Shown here piece by piece: positions 1 to 28,712 of a DNA stretch of 64,000 nucleotides. Origin of the DNA: Hormiphora californensis (taxonomy: Eukaryota; Animalia; Ctenophora); NCBI GenBank assembly GCA_020137815.1, contig CM035350.1:1984001-2048000 (forward strand). The letters run 5' to 3'. Position numbers and translations under genes: made by a program. The notes beneath the pieces were generated by a model, which was given only the letters and a program-made list of their open reading frames with translations, did no database searches and was not told where the DNA came from. Each line of letters begins with the position of its first letter. Position 1 is the stretch's first letter.

Positions 1-257
1 GTCCAAAAGCAGTTATCAGTGAAAATCAAATTGTGTATACAGAAATCATCGTACCCCCTACCTACTCATTAGCTAAAAGCACCTATTAAATACGGGTGTC
101 GGGTGCCTTCTAGAATGAAATTATACATTAGTCTTTCCCAATCTTGTATCTATACATAGGAACCTTCCTCGCCTAGCTACGTCACTAGTACTACTTTCAC
201 TAGAAGTGGACTCTCCCAGCCCTACCCTCCTCCCAAACATTAGTATCTACAATATAC

Positions 258-318
258 CTGTCTGGCGGTGCTGACCCGATCTGAGCGCATCACAACGGGA
301 TCTGGCACCGCCAGACAG
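258..318. mobile_element. ~60-bp hairpin micro-MITE (CTGTCTGGCG family)
   Basis: 16-bp inverted repeat acctgtctggcggtgc (256-271) / gcaccgccagacaggt (305-320). Similar to copies at 15104, 52043 and 52818. No clean TSD at this copy. Confidence 0.65.
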
Positions 319-377
319 GTGTCTACCAACTTCCCCCTACTGATTGTAACTCAACAACCTACTGATATATATTTCAG

Positions 378-491
378 GTAGGCGATCCATTGAGCCAGAG
401 TGAAGCTGAGCAGTTAGTGAGAGAAAGTGATTTGGACGGGGATGGCAAGATCAATTATGTAGAGTTTGTAGCAATGACCGTGAGACCATGA
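378..491 (+). CDS. Terminal exon of a calmodulin-like EF-hand protein (upstream exons not identified)
   Basis: After a tttcag acceptor the exon reads VGDPLSQSEAEQLVRESDLDGDGKINYVEFVAMTVRP*, with a canonical EF-hand loop DLDGDGKINYVE like calmodulin EF4. Confidence 0.85.
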   Translation, partial: VGDPLSQSEAEQLVRESDLDGDGKINYVEFVAMTVRP

Positions 492-741
492 ACTGTCGTG
501 AATAAAAACGGGGTCTGGCTCTACCTGTCAGAGCGTTGGCCTGACCTGGAGCTCCCAAGAACTGTGGTCAGAGCAATGGCCAGACAGCGCCAGACAGATG
601 TACGAACAATAGTCAGCTACCAGTATACCAGCTGATACCTTTTCGGTAAGGTAGATATATCAATATTGACACTCAGCCTATATCCCGCCTATATTGAGGA
701 AGCTGCGAGACATTTGGTTTAAACTTTGCATTGAGGAGGCT

Positions 742-980
<239 letters not shown>

Positions 981-1220
981 ATCCCTTTTCCAGACTGATT
1001 GAATTTTTACGTATTCCTTGCTAATTAACATTGACAAGATCTCAATCTATAACATGTGTTTTATCTCAATGTCTATACCACGGTTTGAAAGACAAACCAT
1101 CTTCATGTCCTGCTGGCAGCTGATAGCAGGCCCCTCTCTCTTCAAGCTAATTAGTCCGCACTGGAATCCGGTTTCAGCTGCTGCCCCCGTTTCCGCTCAG
1201 AGATAGCGAGCAATGTATCT

Positions 1221-1318
1221 CACGTGACAAGCTCTCTGGTTAGAACTGACCAATCAGATGGTTTGATTGAGGTCACGTGACAGTTTACCCTCTCCGAGAT
1301 ATAGTGCAGGCACGTGAC
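1221..1318 (+). promoter_or_regulatory. E-box/CCAAT promoter module upstream of the SIX gene
   Basis: Three CACGTGAC motifs (1221, 1274, 1311) and CCAATCAG at 1250, ending ~75 bp before the ATG at 1395. A near-identical layout occurs at 15502-15560. Confidence 0.55.
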
Positions 1319-1394
1319 AAGACAGTGATTTCCCCCCGCACACACTCTGCTGCAGTTTTTGATTTGCATTTCCTGCCCCTTCCAATTATACATC

Positions 1395-3404
1395 ATGGAA
1401 CTACTACTTCGGCCTGGTGATGAGTTTTTGTCAATTTTCAACGGTGCAGTACCCCCACCCAACACATCAGCAGTGGACTCACCCCAGGTATTACTAATCC
1501 CATCTTCCTGTTTCCGCACAATGCCCCCTCTAATTTATCTCTGCAATACTGCTCCCTTTGATTAACTTCCGTCCAATCTGTAGTTGTGTACTGATCCCAT
1601 TTTCCAAATTTCTAATGCCGTGTCATGTCCTGCAGTCAGCTAACTCAGCGCCTGGTGGTGGAGGCCCGGAGTACTTTCTCTTCCCCTCCGATCCGGTCCA
1701 CCATGCTGCCTACTTCTCCTCCTTCCCTCCCTACCCTACCACACCGTGCACTCCGCTCAGCGCTCATGCTGATGTTCCTGAGTCCCCTTTTGATGCCTTC
1801 CACCATTACAGTTACTACACGTCCATCAAAGAGGAACCTGCTACCCCAGGTATGAGGGAGAAGGGGCTTCTGTGACTATAACTCTAGGTAAGAGAGAGAT
1901 ATGTAAATAATTGGGGTTCAGGGACTCATAAATTGGGGTTATAGGTATACCTACTCCAGGTGGGATAGAGAAGGAAATAGGGATACTAAAGTTTTCATTT
2001 TATGGGTTCTGGGGTGTGTTTTATGGTGTTAGGTTTTCCACCTAACTGTCTTCTATAATTCAATTGATGATGGATGGGTGTAAACCAATGAAATCATTAA
2101 ACTGTCTTCTACACGCTGTGTGTGAAATTTGATCTTGTTGTTACACCCGGTCTGACCCATTTGCCCTCCTCTGTTGTTCTCTCTCTATCTTGAAGAAACT
2201 ATGAAATAATTGATATCTGTAGTAGTAGATCAGTACTTTCTCGCAAACTTACCCGTTCTAGTAATGTTGCTTGTTCCCGATATCCCATAGCGGTCCCTTT
2301 CAGTTGCTTAGTTTGGATTGTCCATTGATTAATTACTACTTCCAGAAGTCTCGTTGTATTGATTAGACTGTTTTATTTATTACTAGTGGTTCTTTTAGTT
2401 ACAGCTGTGGACATGCTTTTGGAGTGTTTACGGCTGCTTTTGGGAGGCGATAAAGGCGAGTATTAATTTTAGGTTTCAAGGCGACCTTTCACACTAAGAT
2501 TGATTTGGGCGTGATACTAAGATTAATGTTGATTGTTGGTGTGAAACTAAGATGGGTTTATGGGTGGTGGAAATATCAAAATTGGGGGGTGGTTTCATAC
2601 AACCAAACTAAAAGTGTAGATATCCAACTAACACCCCTCTCTTCTCTCTCCAGATCCCGAGATGATGGGGATGATGATGTCTCTACCCCTCCCTCCTCCT
2701 CCCCTGCCTCAAACCACCATCAGCACCTCTTCTGGAACCTCATCCACCTCCTCATCACCCTGGCCCATACCCTTTCCAGTACACGACCCAGACAACAACA
2801 GCAATAAGTTAATCCTGGAGGCAGAGGAGGCGTATAACAGGGGTGAGAATGGGAGGGTGTGTGAGATCCTGGCATCCAGAGAGTTTCATAAGACTCACCA
2901 TGAGCAGCTCCAACACCTGTGGCTGGCTGCTGTCTATGCGAGAGGTAAATACGAATGCTACATTTATCTATTTCCCCGAGACTCACGTTCACTCTCTTTT
3001 TTGCTGCCGTCTAGTGTCTACCAATCTTACTCTAGAATCCCTTGCCCTATTCAGCAAACTAAGCTAACCACCCTGTTTCTACCCACACAGAAACGATTGT
3101 GAAGAACAAGCGTCTGACGGCGGTTGACAGATATCGACTTCGTAAGAGGAATCCCTTCCCCTTGACCATCTGGGAGGGAGAGAAGACGATATACTGCCTG
3201 AAAAAGAGCGCCAGGGACAACCTGACCAACTTCTTTGCCCAGAACCAGTACCCTTCACCCCAGGAGAAACGGCAGCTGGCCCACTCGTGTGAGTTGAGTT
3301 ACGTTCAGATCTCCAACTGGTTCAAGAACAAGAGAATGAGAGAGAAGGAGTCCTTGAAGTTGGGAGACAGGAAGTCAAGACAGAAACAAAACCCACCCCA
3401 CTGA
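1395..3404 (+). CDS. SIX/sine oculis-class homeobox transcription factor, 4 exons (1395-1487, 1636-1849, 2654-2944, 3091-3404)
   Basis: Phase-compatible GT-AG junctions give the C-terminal half of a SIX domain (…HHEQLQHLWLAAVYARE…AVDRYRLRKRNPFPLTIWEGE) followed by a K50 homeodomain (YPSPQEKRQLA…QISNWFKNKRMREK). Confidence 0.9.
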
Positions 3405-5408
3405 GAGAGGTCGTGTGTTCTGCTAATTAGTAGTGTTTGATATATGCGAAATATGAAAAGCTGTACCTGAATTCAGTTGCCTGGGGTCAGAGAGAGATTG
3501 GAGCCATTAGTAGATACAGACATTCTTCTAGACAAGCTTGATGGATATTTGGTGTCTTGTGATTCGACTAGTCGACTAGTTGAGTGGTTTCAAGAATCTG
3601 AGTGAAGAGAGGTTGAACGTTAAATTATATTGATTTTTAATACTTCTTACGAATTGTGAATGATTGAATTTCTTTAACAACATACTGAAATGTCTGTGTT
3701 TCGTTACCTCTCCGACTATAAATGATAAATGTGATGGTGGTGAGAAGGATTGTTGAGCAGGGGGTTCTCTTGACTGTGACAAGGATGCCGTTTCCATGGT
3801 TACCGTGGTTGCAGTTTCTATGGTTACCAACCAGCTGGAACATTATCATGTTCATCTGCTATTGAGAGGGGGATAGTAGAGAAATAAACCATTGGTGGGG
3901 AGAGGATGTCATTTGTAAAGGAAGAAAACGAAAATAAATTACTCAATTGAATCTGTAAATAACAGGGTTGAAATGTAACACAGTAGTTCACATGTTACAA
4001 ATATATGATGAATCACGTCCCTCTCTCTATCTCTCTATCTATCTCGCTCTATCTCTCAGCTCTCTCCCTCTCTATCTCTCTCTCTATATATATCTCTCTC
4101 TCTCTCCCTCTCTTTCTCCCTCTCGTTTTCTGTACTCAACTCAAAAACATGGCCATATATATTTTAGGATCTTTTATTTGGACAATATTTTAACGAACAC
4201 TCCCTTTGTAGTTTGTACTAATAATAAATTGTAAAACGTGTGACCAGAACCCAGGCTCTCACTGTCAGAGCATTGGCCCAACAGGGCATTCATTATGTAT
4301 ATTCAATATAATATTGTTAGAGCCATCAGAGCTTACTTGTTTTGTACCACCATCCTCCTTCGATTCGTTTAGAATGAAATCGAAAGAGGGTGGAGTACAA
4401 ATAAATCAGAGTGACCTTTTTTCAACACAGATAATACACGCAATGGGCGGGAAAAACAAAAACTGTGTCTTAGTTGAAGTTGTTGCAAGGTTAGACTTGT
4501 TAGACTAGGACATGCCCCTCTGCGATTATCCAACATAAGGTTTTGTTTGTGAATTTTCAAAGAAAAAGTAACATACAAGTCTAACTTTGCAACATTTTCA
4601 AAATATTGAATCATATATTGTTTGTACTGTTTGATTGACGTTCCACAAAAACTGGATCAGAAAAAATAGGTTGAAGAAATCACAGACCTCCAAATATGTA
4701 ATATACATTTGCAATTGTAGAGCGAGACTTGCCACCGAGTGCCCCATTTGAAATTGAATAGGGGTTAGGTAGGAATTGGCAAGGCACGCCTAACAATACG
4801 GTTTATACCAAAACTAATATAATATGTTGTGGTAGATACTGAATATATGATAATTGATAAGTTTTGATGTTGATAAAACCAAGAAATTGCCACCTGCGCT
4901 CGCCAGCGCACTAGCAGTGATTTGGCATGGTAAAAATAGCTTTTGTTGTAACGTACACGGACGCTAACACGGGTTCAGGGTTGCCAAGGTTACTGCCACA
5001 TTCAATAAACTCTCAAAAAGTATTCTCCTGACGTATGAGAATGTTGTTTATATGGTCACCATATTGTCCCACCAATTATATAATTCCAATTACCAATACA
5101 TGGAAGAAATCCGCAGTAATTGGGTAGCTTGTATTATAACACTTGTGTATCAAAATAAGCTGTATATTACGTGTCGAAGAAATTAAATATTAACATAAAT
5201 AGACTCTCAATTAATACAGGCCTGTTCAGAGTTGAGAAATAGAGAATCTATCAGGGTCGTATCATTAGTATGTCTCCATTGGTTTTGTAAAACTCAGAAC
5301 TCCCTCTCTGTCGCTTCTCTCTATAAGTCTCAGTCTCTCTGTCGCTGTCTCTCTATAAGTCTCAGTCTCTCTGTCTCACTCCCTCTGTCTCTCTATCAGC
5401 CCTATCAG

Positions 5409-5439
<31 letters not shown>

Positions 5440-5546
5440 GTCCTGTTCTCGATCGATATCTGTCGTCTGTCTGTGATTGTCTGTCTCTGGCAATTAACTC
5501 TCTCACATATCACCACATTACACTTCTGAAACACAACAAATCCTGC

Positions 5547-7347
5547 TCAGTGAACATCTTCAAATCTGGCACAAGTACAAGAGGCAATCTGTCTCCTCAA
5601 CTCGCGGGAGATCCTCTTCTCCTCCTCAAGCCTCTTCTTCGTTCTGTCTAGCTGACTCTGGAGCTGTCTCACTATCACCTCAGCAGACTCGAGTGTGAGA
5701 GACCGAGACATCCGAAACACTGGATTCCAGAGGAGCTCACCCGCCCGGGGTCTCATGGTCTCGTCAGGGTCCGTCATTTCACGGACAATCCGAGCGATAT
5801 CAGGGAATTTCTTCTCCAACATTTCAGGTAGAACACCGTCCCTGACACCCTGGAGGCTCTCACTTCTCTCCATATTGGTATCGAATACACAGAACATCTC
5901 GCATAGCACAACACCTGCCGAGTAGATATCTGATGAACAGTCGTATTCTCTTCTCCGAGTACCCTTTGGGAGGGGCGAACTGATCTCAGGAGCGGAGTAG
6001 AGATATGTCCCGATTGAGCCGGTTAGGTCACTCTGAAACAACTCAAAAATAGCATCTCCACCACCGACACCACCCGTCTTAGCTGCATCAGAATCGTGCT
6101 GGGGATGGTACCGAGCTAGTCCCGACATCACCGATTTTTAGAGTGTTTTTATCAACAAACAAGTTACTAGGTTTCAAGATCTCTGTGGATGATATTTTGA
6201 GAATGAAGGTAGTCCAGGCCAGCAAAGAGATCCCTCATCATCTTCATGTTCTCACCCACATTCACCCTCGTCCTACCCTTTAACTTCTCTGCCAGATCCA
6301 CCTCACAGCACTGCATCTGTAATGTGCAGCACCAGACCACAACGGGGAGGCTTCCTGGTATTGTAGGGTTCCAGCTGTCCGTTATTGTTGTTAGAGGAGG
6401 ACAAGCCAGCCGTTACTCTCCGGAGCGGAGGAGGAGTAATGGACCTTATCAGATCTACTGAGAGACAGACTGCAGTGTTCCTTGTTATTGATTGACGTCG
6501 AGCTGTTCTCAAACACGATATCCAGATCATCATCATCAGTCGTGTCAGGTTTGTAATCCTCCAACACCCCCGATTTGTTGTTGTCCACCTCCTCAATCTG
6601 ATCTACCTCCTTGATCCAAGTTGACCGGCGCCGTTTGTTCTGGGGTGCAGTGAACCCAGCCTCCCACCAGCAGTTGTGGTATCTGACAATATTGGGATGG
6701 ATCAGATTAGCAAGGATCTTCACCTCACGCACAGCGTTACAAGCTGGCTTCATGTCCCGGAGGGGAACACGCTTTATTGCATATGTTTTCCCGTCAATAT
6801 TGTGTTGAGCCTTGAACACCTCCCCGAACCCTCCAGTGCCAAGTTTTTGAATCACCTTGAAGTCCAGCCCGAACCGAGGGATGTTGGGGAGGACATCATA
6901 GAAGACCTTCTTGCCAACCCCACCACCCGAATCAGATTTAACATCCTTCCTACTCTTGGTATGGAGTCGGAGGAGGGCATTCTGATCACCCCTACTGAAG
7001 TGATTGCTTGTCTCCCCCGTTATCTGGGAGATGAGGAGTTTGAATTGTTTCCGTACCCCCGTCAGATCCCTCTCATAAACCCGCACTAGGTGCTCCGGGA
7101 TGAGCTTCCGGCGGACCAAGTGCCCGAGCAGGTAGGTTGCTGCCCGGGTGGGTTCATTGGGCTCAATGAAGGAACTGAGCTGGTGAACCAGAGCAAGTAT
7201 CAGGTAGGAATCGGTGGTCTTCTTGTCGATCGAGAGGGAGAGAGAGAAATCAACACCATCACTGGAGCTCACCATGGCACCGTCCTCGTTGAGGCTGACG
7301 GCACTGGTGGATTCCTCCCCACTTGACAACCCTCTGCCTACCTTCAT
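5547..7347 (-). CDS. eIF2-alpha kinase, HRI/EIF2AK1-like; single coding exon with ~4 apparent frameshifts at ~6120-6420
   Basis: [18 protein letters not shown] and [11 protein letters not shown], acidic kinase insert, [41 protein letters not shown], and a C-terminal coiled coil. A splice acceptor lies just upstream of the ATG. Confidence 0.85.
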
Positions 7348-7569
7348 CACTATAAAGGAACGGGTTAGTACTTGGGAGAGGGGTAGCTATAAAACAAGGA
7401 ACGGGTTAGGGGAGAGGGGACTGGGGGTAGTTTTTAGATACAAAAACAAGGGCAGGAGCGGGTTAGCGTTTGAGAGGATGTGATTTTCATTTCCATACCA
7501 TAAATTAATCCAAAAAAGGAAATATAAGTTTTATTGAGTTATTTATGGTTGTTAGGCAATGCTGTAATA

Positions 7570-11234
<3,665 letters not shown>

Positions 11235-11424
11235 TATAAAGCTAACTAGTTACCAACTACGGTTAACGGTAATGAAGAGTAGTGGCTAATAATAGGAAAA
11301 GGCTTCATTTGGAGTATACTGCTTCAAGCAGCTAGGGAACGCAAACAAAGCCTGGGGGACAAAGACATGCTGCATGTATTATGCGACGTTCATTCAACAT
11401 AATATCCACATGTATGCTAAAGGA

Positions 11425-11488
<64 letters not shown>

Positions 11489-11966
11489 TGTGTGTGTCTG
11501 TGTGTGAGAGAGAGAGGAAGATAAAGATAGAAATTGCATGTCTGATGTCTGTGATCCGTATGCTATGTGTTGAAGGTATATGAGAGACAGAAGGAAATAA
11601 ACCACACATATATTACATGGTAGACAGTGTGAGTAGATGTAAAACCTATTCTTCCTACACATACACCTCTCACTACACACGACGGCTGGGTTACAAAAAA
11701 GAATAAGGAAACCAACAGTCTAAACGTCGCAGAGTTGCACACGTGAAATAATACTACTGAGTCCACCCCGAAGTATTGTTAACGTGAAATCCAAACAAAT
11801 CCTCCAAGATCAAGGTATTGGATACTACTGAGTTCTTTATATAGCGTGTATATGAGGTTGGAGAATGGCTATATGTTACCATGGCAACAGAGGCCACAGC
11901 AAAAAACAAAGTACGCTGTTAATTAATGTAATGACTGGTTATTTGGCTCACACTCACACACATATG

Positions 11967-12018
<52 letters not shown>

Positions 12019-12197
12019 AGAGAGATAAATAAAGCGAGGTAGAGAAAGATGCAAGCTAATGCTATAAGTCACGCTAAACGTTTTGTGGAAGCTTTTGCAC
12101 ACTATAAACACATTATAAACGCTACACAAAACATACATGGGGTGTGAGGTAACGGGAGAAGTATAATGGTTGCATTACTGTTTGTGAGAAACCAACA

Positions 12198-12252
<55 letters not shown>

Positions 12253-13019
12253 GCTGAGACTTGAGAGACATAGTGCACTACTTGAGATCAAAGTGGCTGC
12301 AAGATACCATGCTTCTCGAAAAGGCTGGCGGTAGGGCGCGTTCTACCCACTGCTAAAATGTTGAACTTTCATCACTGCGCGCGCCCGTAAACTAGCGATA
12401 GGGGCGACACAGAGGTGCGCTTTTAGAGAGTGGAGCAGTGGGAGACAGTGAAAGTAAGAGCCAAGAGGTCTCAGTGTAAGGGACAGGAAAGGGGGTGCTA
12501 AACGGTTACATACACACGGAAAGTACACTGGAAAACAAACAGTAAATAACAAGTAAAATAGCAGCAACCTGGATCAAGGGAATGTCTCAACAGGGGCACT
12601 ACAACATCAGATAAACTTATCTGCAAGCGTGCAACGAAGAGCCAGGCTCTTACAGCATATATACTCCAAACAATTTTATATCCGATAGGGCTCACAATTT
12701 GTTGCATCTCTCTTATCGCCCCAGCAACAGTAATCTATAATAAACGCAGGAGAGAAAGGGGCAGAGGGGTCAGGGGACATAAGGAAAATCACTGAGCAGA
12801 AAGCACATGACCTATCGAGAGGGCATACGCTATCATCAGAACTAGTACAGTAAACAATTGCAGAAAGGATTTTTACTCTAGAGCCCCTATATTGTATATT
12901 TTTGCAATTTTCAATGACATAAAGCACGGGTTTTGACGAGGAAAGAGCACCCTTACCCAGCTTATTGACCATTTTGATGTCCTTCCTAGAAAGTAGCGTC
13001 CCGAGACTATTAGAGAGTA

Positions 13020-13960
13020 ACTGTGGATGGCTGCCTGTCTGAAGCAGTATTGGTCATATCCGGAGTACCTCAGGGATCCGTGTTGGGACCGTTTATGTTC
13101 TTGCTGTTCATAAACGACATACCATCATTAGTGCCCGGAATTACACTGAGATTTTTTGCTGACGACACGAGAATTCTGAAGATTATCGGTGGAGAAGATG
13201 ACATACTAAGAGATTTGGACGGTGTAACAACATGAAGCTACATGCAGATAATTTGAGTATAAGCTTCGTGGACTCACACGGGATTCTCTCTCCCAGCCAC
13301 TTCCATTGACCCAAATTCTACTTGCTTTCAAAACTGTAATCTTGGAACCAAGCCTATCAGTTAAAGATCTCGGAGTGCTGGTTCAAGCCGATTTTGATTG
13401 GGGGGGGGGCACATAAGGACGATTGCCGAGAGCGGACGCCGCAAAGCATCTTGGCTCCTGAGTGTCTTCATAAACGGGACAGAGAAGCTATGATAACCTT
13501 GTAAAGAGTATGGTCAGGAGCCTGCTCGAGTACTGTTGCCCTCTCTGGAGTCCGACTAATCTAAGGGATATCGAGCTACTGTGTGCACTATGCAGCGTTC
13601 CTTTACCAGAAGTATGTGTAAGGGAATGACCTACTGGCAGCGGCTGTAATATCTTCGGATCAGTTCCCCTACAACTCAGGAGAGAGCGTTATATTACTCA
13701 ACATATGTCGAAGATGCTTCATGGCCACATCTCCAATGTTATTGGAGTACAGTTAACCTGGTGGCCGGCTGGGAACCACAGCTGTGGTTCCAAAAATCGT
13801 GACAAACTCTCTAGCGGCAGCACAGACCGCATGTGATGAATCTTTCGCTGTGGAAATTAACCAAATCACTGAGTTCCAGCTTTTCAAAACTTAGCTATCA
13901 AGATTTCTGGACGCGATCCCAGATCAACCTACAGTCACTGGGTATAACTTCAAAAGCTTC
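13020..13960 (+). mobile_element. Degenerate LINE (CR1/L2-group) reverse transcriptase fragment
   Basis: SGVPQGSVLGPFMFLLFIND…FFADDTRI, followed by frameshifted remnants (KDLGV, VRSLLEYCCPLWSP, IPDQPTVTGY). Confidence 0.85.
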
Positions 13961-14000
13961 ATAAATAACTTCAATGAAAAACACACGGTTTCAGTGTCCT

Positions 14001-14192
14001 TTAACAAATCCCCCTCTCAACTCTTACTTCCAGCACCGAATCCAGGATTGAATTAGTGTTCTGAGTAGGATACCCGGCCACGGGAGGACAGTCCGAGGAG
14101 ATCAATAAACCAATTCTTTTCACATGAGGAGTTGCAGCAAGCGATACCCCGATCGGACGAGCAGTAGCCGGTGAATGCCACAGAAGTAACAC
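14001..14192 (-). mobile_element. Possible 3' end of a second related LINE, tail-to-tail with the first
   Basis: DCPPVAGYPTQNTNSILD resembles the C-terminal PDQPTVTGY motif of the adjacent LINE. Confidence 0.4.
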
Positions 14193-14420
14193 AAGTAAGT
14201 AAATAAGTAAAATCAGCCTACGATATTAAATACACAGACAATTTCTATTTTCTAAAGTGTAAAAAAGTCGGTCAGCCAATTTCAGTTATTCTCTCGCGGA
14301 GTCAAAGCGAAAAAAACTTGACCTTGACAATCAAATAAGCTCTGGTATGCTTTATGAAATGTTAATCAATATCGTCGACGGCCCCAAAAGGCCAGGAAAT
14401 TCGGTTTTGCTAAATGAAAT

Positions 14421-14804
14421 AAGGAACCATAATAAAGTTCAAGAGCCTCCAAGAGCACCCAAGAGCGCACCCGATCGAAGAGAGACCACACCTGAGAGCG
14501 CACCACATCCAAAAGAGACCACATCCAAGAGCGCACCACCTCCAGAAGACACCACTTTAAGAGCGCACCACATCAAAGAGAGCTCCCCATCCAGAAGATA
14601 CCACGCGCAGGGGACACCACACGCAGAAGAGACCAGCGCGGCGTTGTATTTGCGCGTGCGGTCTCTTCTGCGCGTGGTGTCCCCTGCGCGCGGTATCTTC
14701 TGGATGGGGAGCTCTCTTTGATGTGGTGCGCTCTTGGAGTGGTGTCTTTTGGAGGTGGTACGCTCTTGGATGGGGTGCGCTCCTGAACTTTATTATGGTT
14801 CCTT
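14421..14804. mobile_element. Foldback MITE family A (AAGGAACCATAATAAAGTTC termini, subterminal ~20-bp repeats), AT target duplication, ISL2EU-like
   Basis: Inverted arms meet at ~14649, with AT on both flanks. The same element occurs at 31558-33895 and a single arm at ~34565-34700. Confidence 0.8.
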
Positions 14805-15103
14805 ATAAACGCTTAAAACGGCCATCTTGGAAATTTGGCCCGCCCGAGCTGGAAAATCTGTGCTTTGCACGCGCGCGTTTGTCACGCGCATTTGTTGCGC
14901 CGCGCAATCATAAAATTTCTCCACACACTTTATATATTATATATATTACTTGAGCGATTGTGTTTGGCGTTGTTCCCCCTTACTCACAGTTTTCTCCCTT
15001 AGTGAGTGGGCACCGTGCCAACCCACTGGAACCAGCAACTGGAACTAGCAGTTTGAAGGGGCCAGGGATTCTTCATTTCAGATTTCAATGATTTTGTCAA
15101 TGT

Positions 15104-15181
15104 CTGTATGGCGGCGCCATACCCCATTTGATTCTCAAATCAACAGTGCGCTCAGATGGCCTGGGTCGCGGCGCCAGACAG
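15104..15181. mobile_element. 78-bp micro-MITE with 8-bp TSD
   Basis: gtcaatgt is duplicated at 15096-15103 and 15182-15189; termini CTGT…ACAG. Confidence 0.8.
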
Positions 15182-15735
15182 GTCAATGTTATGTCTGAGA
15201 TAAAGCTCACGCTGACACACGAACTACAAGTGAATATGTGACAATGGCACCAATGATTCAGGTCGGTTCGTATTTACTTTGATTGTGATTTTATGACGTA
15301 CGTGCAGTTTACATGACATATACTCCACATTGTCATTAGCTCTTGTGAGAGTGATTAAATTGTCTCACAGAGTCTCAGTCTCACAGTCCAAGTAGTGTAT
15401 CAAGCTGTTCAATCAGTTAAATCTCACTACGGTCTTCCAACACACATATATATTGTCCCCCGCGAAGAGAGAATACACCACTCACTGGTCCTCTTAAAAG
15501 TCACGTGACTGCTCGGAGAAACAATTAACCAATCAGAAACCACATTGATGGTCATGTGACCCCTAGGGAATATTCATAGAGAGAGAAACGTCATAACCTA
15601 ATCCCTGCTCACACGGCGGGAGCTTGTTGTATATGCCTGATGAGAGTCTCAAAAACGATTATCTGATTACAAAAACTGTTTCTGTCGCAGTCACAGTATC
15701 ACAGCTGTGAGGAGTTGTTGTTGTTGTGAGATTGT

Positions 15736-16390
15736 ATGAGGTTTTGTGAATTCTCCTACCAGACAGCCCGATACGCTAGCGAGCTATGTGCCAGGAGGAG
15801 CCCCAGATCCCAAGATAAGACCCCCAAATGGTGGAGCATGGATCAGGTACGTCTACTTTTTCGACTACTTTGAGTGGCTCACATCACAGCGCTCTGTGGG
15901 GGTTCGGTAGATCAACTATTTGTTCCAAATTGGAAATTGTTCCATGATCTCTCAACATTCTAGTGTTTAATATGTTTCACTGTTCAGGAGGCGGGGTTGG
16001 GGGATGCAGTAAAGAGGGCGATGAGAGTGGAGGCTAGTAAGATGTTTGATGAAATAAAAGTTCCAGAACTACCTCGGATTAGGAAAGAGGTGAAGTTGTT
16101 CAGTGTGTGTGTCCCCGCTGTCAGGACAATGCTCTGACAGTTCCCGGCCCAGGGGGACACTATGTAAAGGAGTTACAAGGACTGTTTGTCTGTCGATTGT
16201 AGTTTCTGTCACCTCTTCTCACTCTAACCCCCTCACACAGATACAGAGGGTGGAACGAACAGTTAGTCGTGTTCACAAGTTTACAACTACAAAACAGCTC
16301 AGAGAACGATTCGACTCCAAACTACCCCCACTCGCCCGAACAGCGCCTGCAGCCACTACCAGATCTTCAAATAAAATACACACATCATAA
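15736..16390 (+). CDS. Small basic orphan protein, 120 aa, 3 exons (15736-15846, 15988-16089, 16241-16390)
   Basis: Two phase-0 GT-AG introns join into one open frame MRFCEFSYQ…WWSMDQ|EAGLG…RIRKE|IQRVER…KIHTS*. An E-box/CCAAT module lies upstream. Confidence 0.6.
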
Positions 16391-17006
16391 CGGAGAAAAT
16401 GAACTGCAAATGACTGTCCACTATGTTGTATATATTAAAATAAAATAACCTGAAATTTGTGTAAAAAAGAGTACCGCCGCTGCACAATTATCTCTGACAG
16501 TTACAGCACGTTTCATCTTTGGAGGGACCTCATATACCACTCTCTCTCTCAGCACTTTCTCTTGGCAACAATTAACAAAAACAGCTCCACCACATCAATT
16601 ATAGACCCATTCGGGGGGTTATTACAGCTGACTCAATAGGCCTGTGTTTCTCTCTTCCAAAACAGTTTCCAAAATACCAAGAGTTCTGTAACATTTAACA
16701 TTTAAACACGGCCACCACATACTACTGTTCTGAATTAACACATATAGTTATATGCAGCTATATTATAAAAGAAATCCGCTGCTTCTGTCACGAAACACTT
16801 GTAATAATCTCGGTTAGATTTTTCATGTCTATCACTTGTCAATCTTTGAATAAATCTGCACAAAAAATTATGAATCCTCCCCCCTCTCTCAGATTGTCCA
16901 TATTTATGAATTACATGTTTTGCAAATTTACTGCCTCTCAAGTTATCACGACTCAACACACGGCTGCAAAGTTATCACGACACTCGGCCGCAAAGTTATT
17001 CTCGTG

Positions 17007-28712
<11,706 letters not shown>

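Noticed and set aside
3576-3860. Possible minus-strand terminal exon after an acceptor at ~3856
   Set aside because: No upstream partner exon or recognisable product could be assigned.
6120-6420. About four frameshifts in the kinase domain, suggesting a pseudogene, programmed frameshifting or RNA editing
   Set aside because: They are single-base indels clustered in a short patch with intact flanks. The same pattern occurs in the USP (47600-47820) and RGG (49080-49350) genes, so local consensus errors are most likely. Read pile-ups would settle it.
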